From: an uncultured virus (IMG/VR IMGVR_UViG_2880350357_000003)
Lineage: Duplodnaviria > Heunggongvirae > Uroviricota > Caudoviricetes
Length of the DNA stretch: 64,000 nucleotides
Strand: one strand, 5' to 3'
Virus record (IMG/VR): IMGVR_UViG_2880350357_000003
Location: 1 to 64,000 of that record
The position numbers and the translations under genes were made by a program. Under the pieces are notes generated by a model. That model saw only the letters and a list, made by a program, of their open reading frames with translations. It searched no databases and was not told where the DNA came from. Below, piece by piece: positions 1 to 9,594 of the stretch. The number at the start of each line of letters is the position of its first letter. The first letter of the stretch is position 1.

Positions 1-1170
1 TTAGCTTTTGCTTTCTTCTGAGCTGTACTCCACATCAGTGAGCTTAACCTCAAGCTCTAAGCCCGTCGTGAAGCCACTATTATTCAGGCTGTGAGTCACC
101 TTACTGATTAACCATGACTGCTCGTCTATGACGCGCTTAAAGCCCGACACGCGCACAGGTGTCTCAGGGAATAAATCAGCCCTGCCAAGCGCCAGCGTAA
201 TTGAAAACTCCGCAACGCCTCGCTGCAGCTTATCCCACTTAGCCTGAGCGGCGCGCATCGCCTGCGCCTTAGAAGCGTAGACCGTCGTCAGCGCCAGCAC
301 GTTATCGGCCTCACCAGCCATATACTCACCCTCGCGCGCTTCCGGTTCTTTTTTGGCCTTTGTCTTTTTGCTGACCGGCTTTGCTTTCGGGTGCTCCAGT
401 GCGCGCAGGTGCTTCTCTTTTGGCTTACGTTTCAGCGTCACTTTTTGCTTTTGCGGCTTCGGGTCTTTGGTGTGCAACCATTTTGCCGTTACTCCGGTAT
501 AAGCTCCACGGTCGGCAATGGCAAACTGATGACGGTCGCCATCGCTGCGGGTCAGGGTCATTTGCGGGACGGGTTTACCGCTGGCTGTCATCGCACTACC
601 GGCTTTCAGAAACAGCAGTTTCCCCGCCTTGACTGATACTGTCGCCCCGTTGCGGTCAGCCAGCCGGGTCAGAAATACGGCGTCAGACTCCTGTGACTGG
701 TCGATATGCGGTACCGGGACTTTTTTCAGTGAATCCGCGACGCTGGCCGTCAGTTTATTGCGCTTTGCGATGGTACTGACTAACTCACCGAGGGTGGTGT
801 CGTGCCATGATTCTTCACGCCGTGAATTGAGCGTTCCGCGAAAGTCTGCACTACGCGCCCGGATGGTCAGGGTATCAGGCGCACCCCGGTGCTCAATCTC
901 ATCGACCGTGAAATCGCCCTTATTCAGAAGCGCGGAACCCTGCCACCCAAGCCACAGCGTCAGCACCGCCCCGCGCAGGGGTAACTCGACTTTGCCGTCG
1001 GTGTCGTCGAGCTCAATGTCGAGCTGGTCAGCCTCAAACCCCCGGTTGTCGGTCATGGTGAGAGAAATCAGCCGGTCACTAAAATTGCTGGTAATGTCCT
1101 GGCTGTTCAGCGTTAGCATAAATGCCGGTGCAAGACTGGCACCGGCGTCAATGGTCATGCCCGTAATCAT
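1..1170 (-). CDS. D: P2 gpD-like late control/baseplate hub protein
   Basis: MTDNRGFEADQLDIELDD and HIDQSQESDAVFLTRLA motifs; follows U. Confidence 0.92.
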   Translation of the reverse strand: MITGMTIDAGASLAPAFMLTLNSQDITSNFSDRLISLTMTDNRGFEADQLDIELDDTDGKVELPLRGAVLTLWLGWQGSALLNKGDFTVDEIEHRGAPDTLTIRARSADFRGTLNSRREESWHDTTLGELVSTIAKRNKLTASVADSLKKVPVPHIDQSQESDAVFLTRLADRNGATVSVKAGKLLFLKAGSAMTASGKPVPQMTLTRSDGDRHQFAIADRGAYTGVTAKWLHTKDPKPQKQKVTLKRKPKEKHLRALEHPKAKPVSKKTKAKKEPEAREGEYMAGEADNVLALTTVYASKAQAMRAAQAKWDKLQRGVAEFSITLALGRADLFPETPVRVSGFKRVIDEQSWLISKVTHSLNNSGFTTGLELEVKLTDVEYSSEESKS

Positions 1171-1652
1171 GTGGTCAGCCCTCCGGGCGCACCCTGCAGC
1201 TTATCGGTCAGATTACCGGCAGAGCCGAGAAGCTCGCTCGCCTGTTTATTCAGGTCGCCAAACATTGCCGTCAGTGATTCATCGACCCGTTTTAGCGAAA
1301 GCGTGAAATCAATCTTTCTTGCCGCGCCATCGCTGAAAAACTCGGCGTGCGTGGTCGACACCTTATCGATGATATACATCCCGAGGATTTTGCCGGTCCC
1401 CTCAATCAGCGGCCACGCCCTGCCCTCATCGGCCATCAGTTCCACAGCCAGCAGGGATATATGTCCGCCGGTAATGGCAGGGTAAAGCGTACCGGCAAGC
1501 TGTATTGAGGTTTCCCCCTCGCCGAGAAACTGATATGCAGGCGGTTTACCGACCCGGTCATTAGACGCCCAGCGGTAATCTTTCGAATGCTGCATTGACT
1601 GATAAGGCAGAGTACGGAGTTCAAAAACAAACATTCCCAGCGCAAGCATCAT
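1167..1652 (-). CDS. U: P2 gpU tail protein
   Basis: MMLALGMFVF..TLPYQ N-terminus; between T and D. Confidence 0.92.
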   Translation of the reverse strand: MMLALGMFVFELRTLPYQSMQHSKDYRWASNDRVGKPPAYQFLGEGETSIQLAGTLYPAITGGHISLLAVELMADEGRAWPLIEGTGKILGMYIIDKVSTTHAEFFSDGAARKIDFTLSLKRVDESLTAMFGDLNKQASELLGSAGNLTDKLQGAPGGLTT

Positions 1653-1666
1653 CGTTTTATCCTTCC

Positions 1667-4111
1667 TCAGAAATCGTGGGTCATACTGGCACGCTGGCGC
1701 GCACGTTTATCGCGTTCAATCTGTTCTAGCGTGTCGCGTAACTGGCGGTCAAGCTGATGCCCCGGCGCAACACCTCCCGGCAGAGTGATGTTGTATTCGC
1801 TTTTACTCTGGTCAATGTAAGAGCGTCCCGCCGGTGCGGTAACTGGCTGGTAAGCCTGATAGCCGCCATATGTGCTGGTTGCCGGGATGTAGGAATTACC
1901 CTGCGTGGCGGCGTTGGTTTTAGCGGCAGTCTGGTCGAGGCTGTCCGATTCTTTGTTGATGATGCCGAGTTTTTCGAGAAGCCAGTCGACACCGCTGCGC
2001 AGCTTGTTAAAAACATTGAGCGGAGCCATCAAGGCAGAGGCCAGTGCCTGACCAAATATGACGCCGACATTCTTGCAGCTATCGAGCGTCTCCTGCGTGG
2101 CCTTGACCGGTGCAATCAGGTCTTTAAACCATTGCCAGACTCCGCGCAGCTTCTCACCGAGCCCGTCAAAGATTGGTGCCAATGGAGCGAACATTTCCCC
2201 GACCGGTGCAAAGGCGCTCATGATGCCCTCAACCACCCCCGAGAAAAATGCGCTGATGGGCTCCCAATATTTTCGGATGAGTAGAGCCCCGGCCACAATC
2301 GCCGCACCGACGGCCACTATCGGCCAGGTAATCGCACCGAGCGCTGTCACAATGGCACTACCGGCGACGGTAAAGGCCGTACCCAGCACGCCAGCCGCGG
2401 CGATAATGGCATTAATCCCCATGACAACCGGCCATGCAACGAGACCAATACCGCCGATGATGCCAATCAGAGCAAGTGCGCCCCCGGCAATAATGCCGAT
2501 AGTTGTCGCCAGACCTTTGTTTTTCTGGATCCAGCCGTCGAGCTTTAACACGTATTGTGTGGCGGTTTGGGTGAGCTTACGCAGCGAACTCTCTTGCTGG
2601 TCAAAAAGGTCGGTACCTACAGCCTCATAAGCCGACTGGAACTCTTTAAAGTCGCCGCCGAGGTTATCCTGCATAACCTTAACCAGTTCCTCGGTTTTAC
2701 CGTCCGAGGCTTTAAACGCTGCGGTGAGCCGGTCAAGTTTGCCGCTTGAGGCTGCTTCCATCAGTACCGCCGCCGCCGAGCTAGCCTCCTCGCCGAAAAT
2801 GGTTTTCATGTACTCGCCGCGCTGGCTTGTCCCGAGGTTGTTTTTCTCAAAGCTGCGCTGCATTTCTTTCAGGATGGAGAATATCGGGCGCGTGTTCCCC
2901 TTGCTGTCTGACGTTTTGACGCCGAGTTCCTTAATGGCCTCAAACGCTTTTCCGGTGGGAGCCTGCAGGCGGCTGAGAATGGCGCGGCTACCCGTACCCG
3001 CCATTGACCCGGTGATTTTGGCGTCGTGCAGTGCACCGACCATTGCGGCGGTTTGCTCGATGCTCACCCCGGCATTTTTCGCCACTGGCGCGGCATAGGT
3101 CAGCGCGTCGCTCAGTCCGTCAAAATCGGCGGCGGTTTTGTTCATCGTCATCGAGAGAACGTCGCCAATGTGAGCAATCTTGTCGTTTGAAAGTTGAAAC
3201 GCTGATTTCATCCCGGTCAGCAGCGCAGCGTTTTCCTCCATTGATCGCCGGTTTGACAGCGCCATATTCAGCGTGACTGGCGTCGCCGCCTGAATGGCAG
3301 CAGCGTCACCGCCGCTTTTCGCAATGATGATTTGCGCGCTCGCTGCGTCATCTGCAGAGGCTGCAGTATTGTCGCCGAGCTGGCGAGCCTGTTTGCGTAG
3401 CGCCTGCATTTCTGGCGACTGTTTATCAACCCCGAGCACAGCCTGCAGCTCGGAATTTTTCTGTGCAAAGTCATAACCGGGCATTAGTAATTTGACCCCG
3501 GCCATCGTTCCCGCCGTCGCAATACCTACCCCGGCAGCGCCTGCTGCGGCCATGTTACCGGCAAGCTCTTTACCTGATTTATATCGTTCTTTCACCCGGC
3601 TTAATTTCGCCTGCTGCACACTGACGCGCGCCAGTGCCTCGCGTTGTCGATTAAGCTGCGCCGTCGTTTCGCTGATGGAGGTTTTGAGCCGACGCTCATC
3701 AGCAGACAGGGTGCGGGTATTGATACCGGCCTGCATCAGCTCGGAGCGCTGGCGCTGTACCGATGTTCTCAGGCTGTTATATTTCGTCTGCAGCTCAGAG
3801 GCGGCACGTTTTGCCGCTTCGAGCGCCTGCGCCTGCGCGCGGGTCGGACTGGTGGTGTTTTTAAACTGCACAGCCAGCTCACCGGCTTCGCGCTTTGCCT
3901 TGTCAAGCGCCTGACCAGTCACGGCCAGTTGCGCGCTTGCCTTACGAAAGCCGTCGATTTTCGACGCCTGACCGTTCAGGTCGCGCAGACCCTTTTGTGT
4001 GTTGCGAATATCACCCGACAGGGTTTTACTCGCGGTCTGGATAGATTTAAGCGGTCGGGTCGCCTGGTCGACCGCTTTCAGCAATACCTCAAGCCTCAGG
4101 TTATTACTCAT
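1667..4111 (-). CDS. T: Tail tape measure protein (gpT)
   Basis: 814 aa, Ala-rich helical, TP901-type core (GSMAGTGSRAILSRL); position. Confidence 0.95.
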   Translation of the reverse strand: MSNNLRLEVLLKAVDQATRPLKSIQTASKTLSGDIRNTQKGLRDLNGQASKIDGFRKASAQLAVTGQALDKAKREAGELAVQFKNTTSPTRAQAQALEAAKRAASELQTKYNSLRTSVQRQRSELMQAGINTRTLSADERRLKTSISETTAQLNRQREALARVSVQQAKLSRVKERYKSGKELAGNMAAAGAAGVGIATAGTMAGVKLLMPGYDFAQKNSELQAVLGVDKQSPEMQALRKQARQLGDNTAASADDAASAQIIIAKSGGDAAAIQAATPVTLNMALSNRRSMEENAALLTGMKSAFQLSNDKIAHIGDVLSMTMNKTAADFDGLSDALTYAAPVAKNAGVSIEQTAAMVGALHDAKITGSMAGTGSRAILSRLQAPTGKAFEAIKELGVKTSDSKGNTRPIFSILKEMQRSFEKNNLGTSQRGEYMKTIFGEEASSAAAVLMEAASSGKLDRLTAAFKASDGKTEELVKVMQDNLGGDFKEFQSAYEAVGTDLFDQQESSLRKLTQTATQYVLKLDGWIQKNKGLATTIGIIAGGALALIGIIGGIGLVAWPVVMGINAIIAAAGVLGTAFTVAGSAIVTALGAITWPIVAVGAAIVAGALLIRKYWEPISAFFSGVVEGIMSAFAPVGEMFAPLAPIFDGLGEKLRGVWQWFKDLIAPVKATQETLDSCKNVGVIFGQALASALMAPLNVFNKLRSGVDWLLEKLGIINKESDSLDQTAAKTNAATQGNSYIPATSTYGGYQAYQPVTAPAGRSYIDQSKSEYNITLPGGVAPGHQLDRQLRDTLEQIERDKRARQRASMTHDF

Positions 4112-4283
4112 TGTGGTTTCCGCTACGCTGCAGCGCCTTTTCGCGCCATGTGATGAGCTCGGTCAGGCTCAGGGAACAGAGTTCTGATGGCGGCCAGTGG
4201 AATATCACTGCAATATCCGCCATCAGGTCATCAGTCGACAGGTCTGGCGGGAAGTCTATTCCGCCGAAGCCGGTGACAAAAAA
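4104..4283 (-). CDS. E': gpE' extension of tail chaperone via -1 frameshift (E+E')
   Basis: TTTTTTG slippery run at 4277-4283 (minus strand); -1 frame reads MADIAVIFHWPPSEL...WREKALQRSGNHNE* ending at 4104. Confidence 0.85.
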   Translation of the reverse strand, partial: FFVTGFGGIDFPPDLSTDDLMADIAVIFHWPPSELCSLSLTELITWREKALQRSGNHNE

Positions 4284-4591
4284 CCAATCACCTTAGCGGC
4301 CAGCGACAACATATCGGGCAGGTTCATCGCGGTAAGCTCCTGCGCGGTGAGCGCGGGGTAGGTCATGCGGGGCAGTACCTTAATCAGGGCATCGACTTCG
4401 GACTGCGCCACCGCCGCCAGACTGACGCCGCGCAGGGTACCGGCGTTCGGCTCAATCAGGGTGACTTTATCAATCGTCTGACCGGCGCGCTTAATCGGTT
4501 TGTCCAGGGTCACGACGTTCGGGTTTACGGTGTCAGTTTCATTGCCAGCCGTATCAATAAATTCAGCGGTTTTACGTGGTGCTTTTGCCAT
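4256..4591 (-). CDS. E: Tail assembly chaperone gpE
   Basis: VTLDKPIKRAGQTI..P.AGTLRGVSL motif; between FII and T. Confidence 0.9.
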   Translation of the reverse strand: MAKAPRKTAEFIDTAGNETDTVNPNVVTLDKPIKRAGQTIDKVTLIEPNAGTLRGVSLAAVAQSEVDALIKVLPRMTYPALTAQELTAMNLPDMLSLAAKVIGFLSPASAE

Positions 4592-4653
4592 GATGTTTTT
4601 CTCTGTTCTGAATGGGGTTAATAACCGGCCAGCAGTGCTGACCGGTCAGGGAA

Positions 4654-5172
4654 TTACAGCCCGATTGCGCGGCGGTGCTGCTCCAGACGGTCGACGCCGT
4701 TCACCTTTTCGACCATGTTGACGGTGTCGATTTCGATGACGTCGCTGCCATCAATCGTGAGGCGGTAGTAGGTGCAGACAGTCGACAGTTTGGTCGAGGT
4801 GTTTTCACCCTGCTTATTCTCGCCGCCGTCGATTTCTTTATGACGGCCACGCATGACCACCTCGACCGCCACGATTTCGCCGGTGTCGTCGCGCTGGTAA
4901 GAACCAGCAAAACGCAGTGGCACAGCATCAGCACCCGGGTCGGCGTACTGCGCCCACAGCGCCACATCAGGCAGGCCACCGACAGACCATTCGACGGTGA
5001 GCGCATCATCGTCGAGGCCGAGGTCAATCGCTGCCGCGCCATTCATACCGCCGCCGCGATAGTTTTCGAGCTTGCGGGTCAGTTTCGGCAGCGTCACGGA
5101 TTCAACAACGCCCATGTAGCTGAGGCCATCGTTGAACATATTCAGGTATTTGAGTTTACGGGGTAGTGCCAT
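4654..5172 (-). CDS. FII: Major tail tube protein FII
   Basis: MALPRKLKYLNMFNDG N-terminus typical of P2 FII. Confidence 0.95.
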   Translation of the reverse strand: MALPRKLKYLNMFNDGLSYMGVVESVTLPKLTRKLENYRGGGMNGAAAIDLGLDDDALTVEWSVGGLPDVALWAQYADPGADAVPLRFAGSYQRDDTGEIVAVEVVMRGRHKEIDGGENKQGENTSTKLSTVCTYYRLTIDGSDVIEIDTVNMVEKVNGVDRLEQHRRAIGL

Positions 5173-5187
5173 GTTGTTTCAGGCTCC

Positions 5188-6375
5188 TTAGCTGTTGACC
5201 GATTCGGCCAGATTCACCAGATATTTATCGGTGATACGCTGGCGCAGGGTCAGGCTTTCCAGTGGCGGAACCGGTGTATAGTCGTAGTCGATATACAGTT
5301 TCCCGGCCTTGAGGGTTTCCTTGTCGTTCGATTCCTCATCGAACCAGCATTTACCCTCCACGATGTAGCCGTTTGATTTCAGCTCGCGGAATTTGGCGTT
5401 AATGCCGTCAACAATGTCACGAATGAGCGTGGCGGTAATGGGCTTGTCGACCGCCCACATGTGCGCCTCGGCCATCGTGTCGGCCAGTACCTGCGCGGTG
5501 CGGGTGTAGTTCTCAAACAGAAAAAGCGGGTCATCCGAGCAGGTGCGGTTACCCCAGAAGCGGAAACCGTCCTTGCGTACCAGCGTTGTAACCCCGGCCT
5601 CGTTGAGCAGGTCAGCATCGGTGCCGGATGCCTGCAAATCCCAGAACACTGAGGCGCTGATGCCGGTAACGCCCTGTACACCAACGTTAGACAGGGTTTT
5701 GTGCCAGCCGACAGTCTGGTCGATGTAAGCACGCAGGCCGAGTGCACGCGCAGTGGCGTAAGCCGTTGCGGTGGTATTTTTGACGGTGTCCCACGCGAGG
5801 AAATCAGGCCAGATAACCATCAGCTCGCGCTGGCTGAAATTTTTACGATATTCCATCGCTTCGGAAATAGTCTTACATCCCCACGCGCTGACGTAAGCAA
5901 ATGCACGTAACTTAATGGCAGCCGACGCAAGCGCGACCGCGACCTCTTTAGTATCCAGCCCCGGCACCCCAAGAATACGCGGCTTGACGCCGGTGACGGC
6001 CTGAGCAGTCAGGAGAGCCTTGATACCGGTGTATTTACCGTTCTCATCCGTACCTCCGATAATGTTGGAAACAGTCTGTGCGAGCGCAGCTTCCTCGTCA
6101 TCGCCGGTTCCATCCTCAACACGTACAACAACAGTGACGGGTTTTGACTGGTCTGCGATGGCCTGCAGTGATGCAGCCAGCGTGCCTTTTTTACCGGCTT
6201 TCGCAATGGCGCTTTGCACATTGGTAATCAGTACCGGTTCATTGAGGGGAAATAGCGTGGCATCTGCATCGCTGGCTGTACAAACCATGCCGACGACCGC
6301 AGTCGCTACTGTGGAAATAACACGCGTACCGTCATTAATTTCGATGACCTGCGTGCCGTGGTGAAAATCACTCAT
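5188..6375 (-). CDS. FI: Tail sheath protein FI
   Basis: Start at MSDFHHG (ATG 6375, GGAG RBS); GFRFWGNRT sheath motif. Confidence 0.95.
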   Translation of the reverse strand: MSDFHHGTQVIEINDGTRVISTVATAVVGMVCTASDADATLFPLNEPVLITNVQSAIAKAGKKGTLAASLQAIADQSKPVTVVVRVEDGTGDDEEAALAQTVSNIIGGTDENGKYTGIKALLTAQAVTGVKPRILGVPGLDTKEVAVALASAAIKLRAFAYVSAWGCKTISEAMEYRKNFSQRELMVIWPDFLAWDTVKNTTATAYATARALGLRAYIDQTVGWHKTLSNVGVQGVTGISASVFWDLQASGTDADLLNEAGVTTLVRKDGFRFWGNRTCSDDPLFLFENYTRTAQVLADTMAEAHMWAVDKPITATLIRDIVDGINAKFRELKSNGYIVEGKCWFDEESNDKETLKAGKLYIDYDYTPVPPLESLTLRQRITDKYLVNLAESVNS

Positions 6376-6447
6376 CCGGTTAACTCCGTGGTTAAGGGGT
6401 GAGTATATTTTCAGGTCAGTACACAAGAGGGGGCTATTTGTACCGGC

Positions 6448-6465
6448 TGTCAGGTTGATGGCACA
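6448..6465 (-). promoter_or_regulatory. Ogr/B activator box of late F promoter
   Basis: Exact TGT-N12-ACA upstream of FI. Confidence 0.7.
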
Positions 6466-6476
6466 ACGACAGGAAA

Positions 6477-6504
6477 AAGAAAAGGCGGGTAATAAACCCA
6501 CCTG
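6477..6504 (-). terminator. Rho-independent terminator after tail fibre assembly gene
   Basis: aggtgggt-ttatt-acccgcct hairpin followed by T-run on minus strand. Confidence 0.7.
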
Positions 6505-6509
6505 AATAT

Positions 6510-7058
6510 TTAGCGTGGTATATCCGGCCAGTCAGGCGCAGATGTATCCACCCTGTTTACCATTACGCTGTAGAGTTCCCATGCTTCCAGCCGTTTAATC
6601 TCCTCATCTGTGGCAATTTTTAGTTTTACTGCCCGTGCCAGTGGTGCAATGGCTGATTCAGCTTCAGAAAGGCGGCGAACTTTTTCAGCCTCCGCCTTTT
6701 TACGCAGCTCTTCCGGCGAATAAACCCGTTGAACGACTTTACCGCCTTTAAACTGCCAGCCGCCTGAAATATCAGCTCGACGGTTTTCATCCGTATCAGG
6801 CAACTCTGCAACGCTCTGGCCCGCAGGCCACAAACCAGAAATATCGCGCGTGATACATGTAATGACGTCATTATCGTCGTAGGTAATTTTCAGTGTGTCT
6901 TCTGAAAATAATTTCTGGCACCTATACCAGTCCTGACCATCCTCTGATTTAAGATGCGCCGCACCGGGGAATAGTGCCTCTTCTGGTTCCGGTGTATAAG
7001 GGATGAAATTTTTAATATTTAAAAACTGTTCGCTCTTTTTATTTTTTGCCACTTTCAT
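6510..7058 (-). CDS. G: Tail fibre assembly protein (Tfa/gpG-like)
   Basis: SEDGQDWY N-domain and IAPLARAVKLKIATDEE..W..Y...VNRVD...PDWP C-domain. Confidence 0.92.
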   Translation of the reverse strand: MKVAKNKKSEQFLNIKNFIPYTPEPEEALFPGAAHLKSEDGQDWYRCQKLFSEDTLKITYDDNDVITCITRDISGLWPAGQSVAELPDTDENRRADISGGWQFKGGKVVQRVYSPEELRKKAEAEKVRRLSEAESAIAPLARAVKLKIATDEEIKRLEAWELYSVMVNRVDTSAPDWPDIPR

Positions 7059-7070
7059 AATTACTCCTTC

Positions 7071-9053
7071 TTATACACTCGGCGCTGTTACCCATGTTCC
7101 GCCAACAAGATACTGGATGGGACGGTAATAGACCTTGTCATCTCCACCTTCCATTTCCCAGCTACCGTCAGTATGGAACCCCGTCACCACCTGTCCGCCG
7201 CCAAGCTGATAATCACGCCACAGACCGCCAGAAAGAGCTACAGGCCCAAGCCTGACCGCTCTTACAAAATTATTATTAATCCAGTCATTCAGCCAGCCGC
7301 CCCATTGCGAACCGTAAATATTTCCATCAGTGGAGATAGTATTGGCACCTGCATGAATAGAACCGGTAGTGAAAATCTCACCATTGACCATAAAACGAAT
7401 TGAACCATCATGATTTCGCTGGCTGTATAAATGCCATCCCTGATCGTCGTCCAGTTCAATCACTGTTGGCCTGTTTGCGTCGCCCCATAAATTAAAGTGA
7501 GCACTCAGTGCCGAATTATTATCGGACCGAACAGCAAGCTTTTTGCTACCACCTGCACGGACAGCTAATGGTGCATAAAAACTGCCGTCTTTGTGGAAAA
7601 CGTAATCCCCGCCGCCATCATTACCATTGTTGATATGAATACCATCTCCGCCTTTATCCTTGAAGAGCCACATACGGGGCGTTCCGTCTTCATTCATAAT
7701 GCAGAAATTCATGCGGCCATCATTTTTAAGACAGAGGTTGCCGGTCATCTCGTCGCCAGTACGGCTAAACTCTCGTCGCCAGCCCGGGGCGTAACCTTCG
7801 CCGTGATTGATATAAGTGAATTGTGCGCTGGGTACACCGCCTCCTGTTGTGGTGGTGGGTGTGGTTACTCGTATCGTCATTGCACCACGGGTTCCCATCA
7901 CCTCAATCACTGCGCCAGCGAGACAGATATTACCGCACCCTGTATCTGTGATGACTTTGTTACCGGCATAATCCCATGACCCTTTACACATCCAGTACGG
8001 GTGATTAAATGCGCCCTGAGACTCCAGCCAGACGATAAATTCCGCCGTCGTCCACGGATTAGCATCACCGCCGATAGTCACCGCGCCATCAAACGCTCGC
8101 GCGGCACCGATACGACGCACAAACAAATCCTTGTCAGGAATGTCGCCGCCATTACTGTTTTTCGCCAGCCGCCCGTTCGCATTATCCATAGCCGCTTTAA
8201 CCGCTTTCGGCGTTGCGGCCAGCGTCTCAGACGTGCTGTCAGTGGCATTGCTGAGCTGGATAATCCCTTTACGCGCTGTAGTGGCGTCCTGAGCTGTATA
8301 TTTCGCGTTAGCAAGGTCATATGCCACCTTGACCGCTTTCGGTGTCGCGGCAAGCGTCTCAGACACACTGTCAGTGGCATTGCTGAGTTGCACAATGCCT
8401 TTACGCGTTGTGGTGGCGTCCTGAGCTGTATATTTCGCATTAGCAAGGTCATACGCTGTCTTGACAGCTTTCGGCGTCGCTGCGAGCGTTTCAGACTCGC
8501 TGTCTGTCGCGTTACTGAGCTGAGTAAACCCTTTTTCTTTAAGAGTGGCATCAGGATGACGACGGGATTTTTCATGTTCGGCGAGCCTGTCGTCGACATA
8601 ATCCTGCGTCGCCATCACCATCGTTGAGTCAATGGACAGCGCCACAGACTCGACACTGCTGACAATAATGACCATGCGGCATGTCTGCGCACGCCCTGAG
8701 CCCTCAGCCAGTTCTGGCTTGTAGCTTTCGGCCATATTGGCAACAGCAATCAGCGTCCCTTCATCGTCGTAAAGGCCAAGCTCACGCATCCAGAAGCCGC
8801 CCACCTCCGGCGGAATAACCAGCTCGGCCACAATGTAATTACTGTACCGGTTGTCCTGGCTGATTTTATTCAGAGTGTGACGCCAGACCTCATTAACAAG
8901 CTGTGTCTGACCGACATCAGGATCCGGCAGCTTTCCGCCGCCGTCACCAACAGCCATAACGTTAAGATTTATTTTCTTACCGCCCGGCATGGTGGCCGCA
9001 GCAAGCTTAGCGGCTCCGGCAGTGGTGATAACGGTTTTAAATTTCGTGCTCAT
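7071..9053 (-). CDS. H: Tail fibre protein gpH
   Basis: P2 gpH N-terminus (VGDGGG, IPPEVGGFWMRELGLYD), fibre repeats, YYRPIQY tip. Confidence 0.95.
   Translation of the reverse strand: MSTKFKTVITTAGAAKLAAATMPGGKKINLNVMAVGDGGGKLPDPDVGQTQLVNEVWRHTLNKISQDNRYSNYIVAELVIPPEVGGFWMRELGLYDDEGTLIAVANMAESYKPELAEGSGRAQTCRMVIIVSSVESVALSIDSTMVMATQDYVDDRLAEHEKSRRHPDATLKEKGFTQLSNATDSESETLAATPKAVKTAYDLANAKYTAQDATTTRKGIVQLSNATDSVSETLAATPKAVKVAYDLANAKYTAQDATTARKGIIQLSNATDSTSETLAATPKAVKAAMDNANGRLAKNSNGGDIPDKDLFVRRIGAARAFDGAVTIGGDANPWTTAEFIVWLESQGAFNHPYWMCKGSWDYAGNKVITDTGCGNICLAGAVIEVMGTRGAMTIRVTTPTTTTGGGVPSAQFTYINHGEGYAPGWRREFSRTGDEMTGNLCLKNDGRMNFCIMNEDGTPRMWLFKDKGGDGIHINNGNDGGGDYVFHKDGSFYAPLAVRAGGSKKLAVRSDNNSALSAHFNLWGDANRPTVIELDDDQGWHLYSQRNHDGSIRFMVNGEIFTTGSIHAGANTISTDGNIYGSQWGGWLNDWINNNFVRAVRLGPVALSGGLWRDYQLGGGQVVTGFHTDGSWEMEGGDDKVYYRPIQYLVGGTWVTAPSV
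8170..8555 (-). repeat. Three tandem ~132-bp (44-aa) tail-fibre repeats
   Basis: DAT..KG..QLSNATDS.SETLAATPKAVK repeated three times. Confidence 0.9.
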
Positions 9054-9063
9054 TATTCCTCAC

Positions 9064-9594
9064 TTATCCCGGGTAAACCGTAATAATATCGCCATCGCAG
9101 GACACGCCGCCGGTATACAAATAACCGGGAATGTCCTGGACAATATTCAGGCCAGTCAGATGACGACTGGCTGGTTTTGCATCCGCAATCAGTCGTTCCA
9201 TTTCGAAATACATTTCTTCGGTAATGCCACTTTCAAGCACTCCGATATCAAGCCGGAATGTGCCTGGCGGGTCGCCGCTTTCCCACCATTCCGTTACATT
9301 GATGACATAGCCGAGTGGCTCCACTACCCGGCGGATTGCGCCGATAGTCCCCTTGTGGCAGTGAATGAAATATGCATCACGGATAACGGCACGTTTTGTT
9401 CCCTCCGGCCAGTTCTCATCCCACCGGTCGACAGAAAACGCCCACGCCAGCCACGGCAGCAAATTTTCCGGGCAGGTGTCAGGATCCCACAGCGCGCGAA
9501 TTTTGACCGGCGTCCTTTCAATCTCGGCACACGCCCTTGCGGCGGCAACCTCCAGTGGCGATGAGCCTGCCGGCAGCAATCGTGAGTCATTCAT
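9064..9594 (-). CDS. I: Baseplate/tail protein gpI
   Basis: LWDPDTCPENLLPWLAWAFSVDRW, HKGTIGAIRRVVEPLG. Confidence 0.95.
   Translation of the reverse strand: MNDSRLLPAGSSPLEVAAARACAEIERTPVKIRALWDPDTCPENLLPWLAWAFSVDRWDENWPEGTKRAVIRDAYFIHCHKGTIGAIRRVVEPLGYVINVTEWWESGDPPGTFRLDIGVLESGITEEMYFEMERLIADAKPASRHLTGLNIVQDIPGYLYTGGVSCDGDIITVYPG

Noticed and set aside
6376..6509. Moron or invertase cassette between tfa and FI (P2 Z/fun slot)
   Set aside because: Only a terminator and the late promoter are present; no invertase or cargo in either fibre locus within the window.
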